64,000 nt of DNA from positions 3,232,001 to 3,296,000 of the forward strand of contig CBDDFZ010000001.1 of assembly GCA_965227515.1 (NCBI GenBank), read 5' to 3'. How positions within the stretch are numbered: position 1 is the first letter of the stretch; each line of letters begins with the position of its first letter. A program made the translations under genes and the position numbers. Below, piece by piece: positions 56,502 through 64,000 of this stretch. The stretch is from Alphaproteobacteria bacterium (lineage in GTDB: Bacteria; Pseudomonadota; Alphaproteobacteria; CALKHQ01). The notes beneath the pieces were generated by a model. It ran no database searches and had not been told where the DNA came from. It saw only the letters and a list, made by a program, of their open reading frames with translations.

Positions 56502-58143
56502 AAAGCCGCTCCTTGAAAGGCGCCAATCCGACGCGCGCGTAGGTGTCGACGAAGGTCTCGCCCTCGCCGCGCTGCGCCAGATAGGTCTCGATGATGGTCT
56601 CGATGGCGTCGGGCACCTCTTCGGCGCCGAAGGCCGGGCCCACGATCTCGCCAATGGCAGCGCCCTCGTCGGCACGGCCGCCCAGCGTGATCTGGTAGAA
56701 CTCGACCCCCTTCTTGTCGACGCCCAGGATACCGATGTTGCCGACATGGTGATGGGCGCAGGCGTTGATGCAGCCCGAGATGTTCAGCGTGATCGGGCCG
56801 ATCTCGTGCTGGCGCTCCAGGTCGGCGAACCGCTGGCTGATCGCCTGGGCGATCGGGATCGAGCGCGCGTTGGCCAGTGCGCAATAGTCCAGGCCCGGGC
56901 ACGCGATGATGTCGCTCAGCAGCCCGAAGTTCGGGGTTGCGAGCTGGTGCGCCTTCAGCGCCTGCCAGACCGCGAACACATCGTCCTGGCGCACATGGGG
57001 CAGCACCAGGTTCTGCTCATGCGCGATCCGGATCTCGGAAAAGCTGTAGTCGTCGGCCAGTGCGGCCACCGCGTCCATCTGGGCGTCGGTCGCGTCGCCT
57101 GGAATGCCGCCGATGGGCTTCAGCGAGATGTTGACGATGGCGTAGCCGTCGACCTTGTGGGCTTTGACGTTGGCACGGCACCACAGGTCGAAGTCTTCGT
57201 GGTCGCGGCGCGCCGCCTCGAAGACCTGCGACCGCGCCGGCAACGCCGCGAACTCCGGCGGCGCGAAATAGGCGGCGATCCGCGCGTATTCCTCCGCCGG
57301 CAGGTCGATGGCGGTGTCGCGCAGGTGCTGCCACTCCTCCTCCACCATGCGGGAAAATTCTTCCGCGCCAACGTGTTGGACCAGGATCTTGATCCGCGCC
57401 TTGTAGATGTTGTCGCGCCGGCCGAGCTGGTTGTAGACCCGCATGATCGCTTCCAGGTACGACAGCAGATACGGCTCCGGCAGGAAGTCTCGGATCAGCT
57501 CGGCGACAATCGGCGTGCGCCCCTGGCCGCCGCCGACATAGACTTCGTAGCCGCGCTCCCCGGCGTCGTTCTCCACCAGCTTCAGGCCGATGTCGTGCAG
57601 CTTGATCGCCGCGCGGTCGGTCGGCGCCGCCGTCACCGCGATCTTGAACTTGCGCGGCAGGAACGAGAATTCCGGGTGCAGGGTCGACCACTGCCGAATG
57701 ACCTCCGACGGCACCCGGCTGTCGGCAAGCTCGTCCGCCGCCGCGCCGGCGAACTGGTCGGCGGTGACGTTGCGGATGCAGTTGCCGCTGGTCTGGATGG
57801 CGTGCATCTCGACTTCGGCCAGCTCGTCCAGAATGTCCGGCGTCTCGTCCAGCTTCGGCCAGTTGTACTGGATGTTTTGCCGGGTCGTGAAATGGCCGTA
57901 ACCCTTGTCGTACTGGCGCGCGATGTGGGCCAGCTTGCGCATCTGTGTCGACGACAGGGTGCCGTAGGGCACCGCCACCCGCAGCATGTAGGCGTGGAGT
58001 TGCAGGTAGAGGCCGTTCATCAGCCGGAGCGGCTTGAACTCGTCCTCGCTCAGCTCGCCGTTCAGGCGGCGCGCCACCTGGCCGCGAAACTGGTCGACCC
58101 GCTCGCGCACGAACTGGTGGTCGAATTCGTCGTACCTATACAT
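56488..58143 (-). CDS. cysI: Ferredoxin-type sulfite reductase hemoprotein
   Basis: MYRYDEFD, NGLYLQLHAYMLRVA.PYG, HFTTRQN.Q, LPRKFKIA, siroheme/4Fe-4S Cys motifs ACPGLDYC and SGCINAC. Confidence 0.94.
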   Translation of the reverse strand: MYRYDEFDHQFVRERVDQFRGQVARRLNGELSEDEFKPLRLMNGLYLQLHAYMLRVAVPYGTLSSTQMRKLAHIARQYDKGYGHFTTRQNIQYNWPKLDETPDILDELAEVEMHAIQTSGNCIRNVTADQFAGAAADELADSRVPSEVIRQWSTLHPEFSFLPRKFKIAVTAAPTDRAAIKLHDIGLKLVENDAGERGYEVYVGGGQGRTPIVAELIRDFLPEPYLLSYLEAIMRVYNQLGRRDNIYKARIKILVQHVGAEEFSRMVEEEWQHLRDTAIDLPAEEYARIAAYFAPPEFAALPARSQVFEAARRDHEDFDLWCRANVKAHKVDGYAIVNISLKPIGGIPGDATDAQMDAVAALADDYSFSEIRIAHEQNLVLPHVRQDDVFAVWQALKAHQLATPNFGLLSDIIACPGLDYCALANARSIPIAQAISQRFADLERQHEIGPITLNISGCINACAHHHVGNIGILGVDKKGVEFYQITLGGRADEGAAIGEIVGPAFGAEEVPDAIETIIETYLAQRGEGETFVDTYARVGLAPFKERLYATD

Positions 58144-58462
58144 TAGCGGCGCCCCACTCCTCGGGCTGGCGGCACAGGTCGGGCCGCACGGTCGGGCCGT
58201 TGATGCGAATGCGCTCGCGCAGGCGCTCCGGCGTGCGCGCGCCTTCCACCGCATCGATGCCGATCAGATATGGCCCGGCGACTTCGGTGCGCTCGTCTTC
58301 AAGCGCGCGTCCCAGCAATGCCTCGCCAGCTTCCTTGCCCTCGGCGGTCGCGGCATCGCTGCGCTGGTCGCTCCAAACGCCGTCGGACGTGAAATAGACG
58401 ACCAGACCATCGGTCAGCCGGTTGGCGGTGACGATCTGCACCGCCGGTGTCTTCGCTGCCAT
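58136..58462 (-). CDS. DUF2849 domain protein
   Basis: TANRL.DG.VVY....W, V.GPYL, RERIR..GPT. Confidence 0.92.
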   Translation of the reverse strand: MAAKTPAVQIVTANRLTDGLVVYFTSDGVWSDQRSDAATAEGKEAGEALLGRALEDERTEVAGPYLIGIDAVEGARTPERLRERIRINGPTVRPDLCRQPEEWGAANV

Positions 58463-58472
58463 CGGCCGCCCC

Positions 58473-59888
58473 CTATTCCGCGGCCAGCGGCTGGTGCGCC
58501 AGGTCGGCCACCGCCGCCCGGCTTGCCGCCGCCTGCACCACCGAGCCGATCACGATCAGGGTCGGCGGCCGCACGTCGTTGTCCTCGATCAGGGCGCCGA
58601 GGCCAGCCAGCTCGCCGAAGATGCGGCGCTCGTCCGGCAGCGACCCGCGCTCGACCAGCGCCACCGGCGTGTTGGCAGGCAGGCCGTTCTCGATCAGCCG
58701 CTGGGCGATGGTCTCGGCCGCCGCGACGCCCATGTAGACGACGATGGTCTGGCCCGGGCGCGCCAGCGCGGCCCAGTCATAGTCGCAGTCGCTGCCTTCC
58801 TTGCCCTGGCCGCTCAGAAAGGTGACGGCCGACGCATGGTCGCGGTGGGTCAGCGGAAACCCGCCGATGGCCGCGCACGCCGTGGCCGCCGTGATACCGG
58901 GCACGATGTCGACGTCGATATTGCGCGCGGTCAGGAACGCGACCTCCTCGCCGCCGCGCCCGAACACGAACGGGTCGCCGCCCTTCAGCCGCACCACCCG
59001 CTTGCCCTGCCCGGCGAGGTCGGCGAGCAGCGCGTTGATGTCATCCTGCTTCCAGGAGTGGGTGCCCCGCGCCTTGCCGACGTAGATGCGCTCGGCGTCG
59101 CGGCGCGCCAGGTCCAGCACGTCCGGCCCGACCAGATTGTCGTAGACGATGGCATCGGCCGCGCGCAGCAGCCGATGGGCGCGCATGGTCAGCAGGTCGG
59201 CGCTGCCCGGACCGGCGCCGACGATGGCGACGCTGCCGCCGGCACCCGGCAGCAGGGACTGCCGCTCGATCTGCTCCCAGACGATGGCCTCGGCGCGATC
59301 CTCGTCGCCGGCCAACACCGCCTGGGCTGCGTCGCTTTCGAAGAACGCCTGCCAGAACGTGCGGCGCTGGCCATGGTCCTCGATGCGCTCGGCGACGATG
59401 GTGCGGAAGCGGTCGGCGAAGGCGGCCAGCCGCTCGATCTGCGGCGGCAGCAAGGCTTCGACCTGCCCGCGGATCTGCTGCGCCAGTGTCGGCGAGCAGC
59501 CGTTGGTCGAGATGCCGATGACGATATCGCCACGGTCGACGATGGACGGCACGATGAAGGTCGAGAGCGCGCGGTTGTCGACCACGTTGACCGGCACATT
59601 GCGGGCCGTCGCGGCCTCGGCCACGTGCGCGTCCAGCGCGTCGTCGCCGGTGGCGACAACTGCCAGCCTTGCCTCGTCCAGGTCGGCGGCATCGAAATCG
59701 CGGCTTTCCAGCCGGATCGCGCCCTCATACGCCCAGTCGTAGAACGCGGTCGGCGGATCGGCGGCCACCACGACCGGCTCCGCGCCGGCATTCAGCAGCA
59801 GCCTGAGCTTCGCCTCGGCCGCCGGCGTGGCGCCGACCAGCAGCACGCGCTGGTTCTGCAAATTCACGAACACGGGAAAAGCGTTCAT
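58473..59888 (-). CDS. cysG: Siroheme synthase
   Basis: FPVF.NL, VNVVD...L..FI.P.IVDR, IST.G.SP, VGAGPG..DLLT, VVRLKGGDPFVFGRGGEE, VPGITAA, PLTHR, YMG. Confidence 0.95.
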   Translation of the reverse strand: MNAFPVFVNLQNQRVLLVGATPAAEAKLRLLLNAGAEPVVVAADPPTAFYDWAYEGAIRLESRDFDAADLDEARLAVVATGDDALDAHVAEAATARNVPVNVVDNRALSTFIVPSIVDRGDIVIGISTNGCSPTLAQQIRGQVEALLPPQIERLAAFADRFRTIVAERIEDHGQRRTFWQAFFESDAAQAVLAGDEDRAEAIVWEQIERQSLLPGAGGSVAIVGAGPGSADLLTMRAHRLLRAADAIVYDNLVGPDVLDLARRDAERIYVGKARGTHSWKQDDINALLADLAGQGKRVVRLKGGDPFVFGRGGEEVAFLTARNIDVDIVPGITAATACAAIGGFPLTHRDHASAVTFLSGQGKEGSDCDYDWAALARPGQTIVVYMGVAAAETIAQRLIENGLPANTPVALVERGSLPDERRIFGELAGLGALIEDNDVRPPTLIVIGSVVQAAASRAAVADLAHQPLAAE

Positions 59889-60055
59889 CGGGCAGCCCCC
59901 CAGCCAGACAGGCACGGGCCGGCGTGGCCAGACACGCCTTGCGCGCGGCCCATGCAAACGATTTCGCGGATTTCAGGTGTCGGTAGCAGGCAGGGGATTG
60001 CGCGCATGCGCCGCCTCCATAGGTTCCACATTGGGCCCACGGAGCATTCCCCGTG

Positions 60056-60110
60056 GCGCTTTAGCGATTGGTGACGCGGCTGCAAGCTGCCCGATCAAAA
60101 TCCGCGGGTC
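60056..60110 (-). ncRNA. SAM-II (SAM-alpha) riboswitch
   Basis: Minus strand reads cgcgGATTTtgatcgggcagcTTGCAGccgcgtcaccAATCGCTAAAgcg. It has the P1 cgcgg/ccgcg stem, GATT/AATC pseudoknot pairing and the conserved TTGCAG and GCTAAA blocks, upstream of sulfur/methionine genes. Confidence 0.85.
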
Positions 60111-60144
60111 CGTAAGGAAGACCAATCCAACTGAACTGATTTCG

Positions 60145-60173
60145 ATATAGGGGCGGTGGCGTTAACCTGTCAA
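60145..60173 (-). promoter_or_regulatory. sigma70 promoter for the riboswitch/cysG operon
   Basis: Minus strand TTGACA - 17 bp - CTATAT, the alphaproteobacterial RpoD consensus. Confidence 0.75.
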
Positions 60174-60358
60174 CACCGCCAGATCACAACGCCTTGAAGA
60201 CAAAAATTATTTGAGAGAATGGCGATAAGTTCGTGTTTCTTGAATTAAGCGCCCGGCCACGGGCCATCACCCCGGTGTCGCCAGAACAACGCCTCGTGCG
60301 CGCCATTATGATTGTGCCATAGTGACTTGGGGCACAAGGCACTGGAGGATCGGCGGCA

Positions 60359-61180
60359 TTGTCAAAGAACAACGCCAAGGCAAAGAACGGCGACGACAGA
60401 CCCGAGCGGTTGAAGACGAAGGTCTACGAGAAGGAGCTGGAGCGCCTGCAGGTCGAGCTGACCAAGGTGCAGGCGTGGGCGCAGGAAACCGGGGCGCGCA
60501 TCGTCGTGATCTTCGAAGGCCGCGACGCGGCCGGCAAGGGCGGTGTCATCAAACGCATTACCCAGTGGGTGAGCCCCCGTGTCGTGCGCACGGTGGCGCT
60601 GCCGAAGCCCACCGACCGCGAGAAGACCCAGTTCTATTTCCAGCGCTATATCGAGCACCTGCCGGCGGCCGGCGAGATCGTGTTGTTCGATCGCAGTTGG
60701 TACAACCGCGCCGGGGTCGAGCGGGTGATGGGGTTCTGCACCGAGCACCAGGCCCAGGAGTTCCTGCGGCTTTGCCCGCAGATGGAAAAGGAGATCATCC
60801 GCTCCGGCATCCAGCTCATCAAATACTGGTTCGACGTTTCCCAGGAAGAGCAGACCCGCCGGTTCATGAAGCGCATCCACGATCCCTTGCGGCAGTGGAA
60901 GCTCAGCCCGATCGACATTGCCGGCTATGACCAGTGGTGGGACATGGCGCGCTACATCGACGAGATGTTCGACGCCACCGATATCCCGGAATCGCCGTGG
61001 TACGTCGTCGACGCCGACCAGAAGCGGCGCGCGCGGCTGAACTGCATTTCACACCTGTTGAGCCTGATCCCCTACGAAGAGGTGCCGCACACCAAGCCCG
61101 AACTGCCCGAGCGGCAGGAAAAGCCGGAAGATATCTCGGTCGACCGGCACTATCGGCACCTCGTGCCGAAGCGCTACTGA
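60359..61180 (+). CDS. ppk2: Polyphosphate kinase 2
   Basis: FEGRDAAGKGG.IKRI, P..RE..Q.YFQRY..HLP..GEIVLFDRSWYNRAGVERVMGFC, WKLSP.D. Confidence 0.96.
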   Translation: MSKNNAKAKNGDDRPERLKTKVYEKELERLQVELTKVQAWAQETGARIVVIFEGRDAAGKGGVIKRITQWVSPRVVRTVALPKPTDREKTQFYFQRYIEHLPAAGEIVLFDRSWYNRAGVERVMGFCTEHQAQEFLRLCPQMEKEIIRSGIQLIKYWFDVSQEEQTRRFMKRIHDPLRQWKLSPIDIAGYDQWWDMARYIDEMFDATDIPESPWYVVDADQKRRARLNCISHLLSLIPYEEVPHTKPELPERQEKPEDISVDRHYRHLVPKRY

Positions 61181-61989
61181 TGGGTGCGCCGAAACTGCGT
61201 GCGGTGACCGCGGCCGCGTGCGCGGCGGTCTGCCTGGCGGTGCTGACCGGTTGCCCGCGCGAGCGGTTCGTCGATCCGCGCGTTGTGCCGACGACTGCCC
61301 ACGACACCCGCCCTGCCGCGACGCCGCTGGCGGACGCAGTCGTGGAAGCACCTGGCCCGGCGGAAAGCGCGCAGCCCGACGACGAAACCGTCACGGACGT
61401 CGTCGAAGCGCCGGCCGATATCATCGTCATCGAGGCGTCGGATCCACTAGACGAGCCTGTTGACGTCGATGCACCGCCCATCGCGGTCGCGGCGGCGTAC
61501 GACCCTGACAGCACCGCGCCGGTCCCCGCTGCGCCAGACGACGTATCAACCGGTAACGATTCCGGACTGGATGCGGACCCTTCGGCGCTGCTCAGCGCTG
61601 TGACGGCGTGCACGGCCGAGCACGGTTACGAGCCGCTGGCGCCGCAACCGACGGCCGGGCTGGGCGTTGGCGAACTGGCTTGGCGCACCTGCGTGCATAC
61701 GGCGGCCGACCGCATCATGTCGCGCAGCCTGCGCCGGCCCGAGCTGCTGGTGCAGTTGCTGCGCGCGGACGGGCAGCTTACCGACGCCATCCTGACCGGG
61801 GGCGTGACCAGGGAACAACGCACGGCCGACATCCAGCGCCGGCTGACCGCCCTCGCCCAGCAGGAGCGCAACATCAGGCTGCGCGAAGCCGATGACGTCA
61901 GCGATTTGCAGGTTGTCGCGGCCAGCCGGCTGCGCCAGCAAATCGATCAGATTGAGAACGATATCAATATTTTACTGCAGGTTCTCTAA
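61180..61989 (+). CDS. Hypothetical lipoprotein
   Basis: TGATG overlap with ppk2, lipobox VLTGC, Pro/Asp-rich linker, helical C-terminal domain with two Cys. Confidence 0.7.
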   Translation: MGAPKLRAVTAAACAAVCLAVLTGCPRERFVDPRVVPTTAHDTRPAATPLADAVVEAPGPAESAQPDDETVTDVVEAPADIIVIEASDPLDEPVDVDAPPIAVAAAYDPDSTAPVPAAPDDVSTGNDSGLDADPSALLSAVTACTAEHGYEPLAPQPTAGLGVGELAWRTCVHTAADRIMSRSLRRPELLVQLLRADGQLTDAILTGGVTREQRTADIQRRLTALAQQERNIRLREADDVSDLQVVAASRLRQQIDQIENDINILLQVL

Positions 61990-63497
61990 ACCAAAGCATG
62001 GTGCAGCGGCCGCAGGGCCGCGCGGGCGGGCTGATACACCTCGCGAAAACGGGCCTCGTAGAGGTCGGTCCAGTCCGGATTGGGCGCAATAGAGCGTACC
62101 GCCGGGCGTATCCGGTCCAGTGCATCGGCGAGTGACGCGTAGACGCCGGCGCCGATGCCGCCCAGGATCGCCGCGCCCAGGCTGACCGACTCCGGCATCT
62201 CAACGATTTCAACCGGTTGGTTGTAGATGCTGGCCTTGATCTCGACCTGCAGCGGGTTCAGCGTGCCGCCGCCGATGGCGATGATCCGGCCGGGCCTGGG
62301 TGCGCCGGGCTGCGCCTGCATGGTCTCCGCGATATTGCGCACGTCGTAGGCCACGCCCTCCAGCACCGCGCGATACATCACGGCACCGGTCACATCGCCA
62401 TTCAAGCCCAGAAAGGCGCCACGGTCGCGGGCGTCGACGAACGGCGGCGAGCCCAGGCGCAGATGGGGCAGGAAATGCACGCCGTGGCTGCCGGCCGGCA
62501 CGTCGGCGGCTGCCGCGATCAGCGTCTCGCGGTCGGCGTCGGCGGCAACGATGGAGCGCGCCCACTCCACGGCGCCGCCCGCGGTCATCAGCCCGCCCAT
62601 CAGGTAATACATGGGCCGGTCCAGGTGCATGATCGCCTGCTCCAGGCCAACTGAGACGAAATCGTCGCTGGCCACGGCGGTGTCCATCGTCAGGGCCAAC
62701 GCCTCCGCCGTGCCCATGGAATCGAGCATGGTTCCGGCCTGGAACAGGCCGACCGCCAGCCCACCGACGGCGTGATCGTGGCCACCGGTTGCGACCACGC
62801 AGTGCGATGGCAGGCCCGTCTCGGCGGCCACCTCGGGCCGCACCGTGCCGATACCGGTGCCGTTCGCGGTCAACGGTTGCAGCAGGGCGGGATCGATGCC
62901 GACTGCCTCGGCCGCGTCATCGGCCCAGGCCAGCGCCCCCTGGTCCAGCAGCAGCATCCGCGAGGCAAGCGTGTGTTCGGTGGCGCCCGCGCCGCTCAGC
63001 CGCCAGGCGATGTAGTCGGCGACGTTCAGCCAGCGCTTGGCCCGGGCGAAGTCGTCGGCCCGGTTGGCGCGCATCCACAGCATCTTGCAGAGGCCGGCGG
63101 TCGGGTCCAGCCGCATGCCGGTGCGCCGGGTCAGCGCCTCGCCGAAGCGGTCCGCCAGCGCCTGTGTCTCGGCGGACGGTCGGGTGTCGTACCAGGCCAG
63201 CGCCCGGGTCACCGGCTGGCCGGCCGCGTCGACCGGAATGCCGGACTCGCCGACACTGGCCACCGCCAGGCCGGCAATGCGCGACGGCTCCGGCGTGTCC
63301 GCGACCGCCTGCCCGATGGCGCTCACGGCAGCCTGCCACAGATCCTCGGCCTCATAATCGGCCCAACCCGGTTGCGGATGGCGCACGTCCGCCGCGGCGG
63401 CCCCTTCGGCGACGACGGTGCCGTCGGTCGTGAAGACAAGCGCGCGTACCCGGCTGGTGCCGGCATCGATGCCCATCAGCAGCGGGTCAGCGGTCAT
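61986..63497 (-). CDS. FGGY-family carbohydrate kinase
   Basis: GIDAGTS, GES..VD..G, WYDTR, K..W, DYI.WRL.G, ASR..L.D, GGHDH, S.GT, FLPHL, RAVLEG, GGG, LGAAI. Confidence 0.93.
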   Translation of the reverse strand: MTADPLLMGIDAGTSRVRALVFTTDGTVVAEGAAAADVRHPQPGWADYEAEDLWQAAVSAIGQAVADTPEPSRIAGLAVASVGESGIPVDAAGQPVTRALAWYDTRPSAETQALADRFGEALTRRTGMRLDPTAGLCKMLWMRANRADDFARAKRWLNVADYIAWRLSGAGATEHTLASRMLLLDQGALAWADDAAEAVGIDPALLQPLTANGTGIGTVRPEVAAETGLPSHCVVATGGHDHAVGGLAVGLFQAGTMLDSMGTAEALALTMDTAVASDDFVSVGLEQAIMHLDRPMYYLMGGLMTAGGAVEWARSIVAADADRETLIAAAADVPAGSHGVHFLPHLRLGSPPFVDARDRGAFLGLNGDVTGAVMYRAVLEGVAYDVRNIAETMQAQPGAPRPGRIIAIGGGTLNPLQVEIKASIYNQPVEIVEMPESVSLGAAILGGIGAGVYASLADALDRIRPAVRSIAPNPDWTDLYEARFREVYQPARAALRPLHHALV

Positions 63498-63566
63498 GAG
63501 TCCTCATGTGAAGTCATCGGTACGGGCGTTAACCTACGGAAATAGCGTAATTTCAAAGGATGGTGC

Positions 63567-64000
63567 TCAGGCCATGGTGAGTTTGAGAGCGGTTTCCACC
63601 GAAGCACCGTCATGCACGATCTCGCGCAGGGCCGCGACCATGCCGCCCGGGTTCTCCGCCTGCCAGACATTACGCCCGAACACCACGCCCTTGGCGCCAG
63701 CCTCCATGGATTCGGAGACGGCGACCAGAACTTCCTCCACGCTGTTCATCCGCGCCCCGCCGGTGATGAAGACCGGCACCGGGCAGTTCTCGATCACCCG
63801 GCGGAACGACTTGCCGGACCCCGTGAAATAAGTGCAGACCATGTCGGCGCCGTGCTCGAACGCCAGGCGGCAGGCGGCGGCCATCGGCTCGGCATCCAAG
63901 GTGTCGTGGATATTGGGGTTGGGGCACGGCAGCGCTTCCACGACAACCGGCATCTTGCCGTAGCACTCCTCGGCCACGCTGCCGATGATCTGCATGGTCG
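63567..64000 (-). CDS. Class I aldolase, DhnA/LsrF family (5' end outside the window)
   Basis: GKMPVVVE, ACRLAFEHGAD.V.TY, CPVPVFITGG, AGAKGVVFGRNVWQ. Confidence 0.85.
   Translation of the reverse strand, partial: TMQIIGSVAEECYGKMPVVVEALPCPNPNIHDTLDAEPMAAACRLAFEHGADMVCTYFTGSGKSFRRVIENCPVPVFITGGARMNSVEEVLVAVSESMEAGAKGVVFGRNVWQAENPGGMVAALREIVHDGASVETALKLTMA

Overview
GC-rich alphaproteobacterial (Rhodospirillales/Rhizobiales-like) chromosomal window with about 63 protein genes. Most encode catabolic enzymes, transporters and regulators, plus a sulfate-assimilation/metZ operon, ppk2 and an L,D-transpeptidase. Several features are absent from the ORF track. (1) An IS110/IS1111 element is inserted exactly into a GTAG REP hairpin, and its 3' non-coding end carries short segments matching both the target and the donor junction (bridge/seek-RNA guides). 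(2) A complete but atypical 76-nt tRNA with a GTT anticodon lies at 34421-34496. (3) A SAM-II riboswitch precedes cysG...metZ. (4) An AT-richer heavy-metal islet contains a 19-bp-spacer MerR promoter, a merA 3' remnant and dif-like sites near its edges. (5) An ECF sigma/anti-sigma pair has a GGAATAA-N15-TGTT promoter motif that occurs three times, in front of itself and of a divergent cassette of uncharacterised genes (two paralogous small beta-rich proteins flanking a protein with a hydrophobic hairpin and a C-terminal HTH). The ECF-controlled cassette is my best candidate for an undescribed system. Family calls come from motif recognition by eye; no database search was run.
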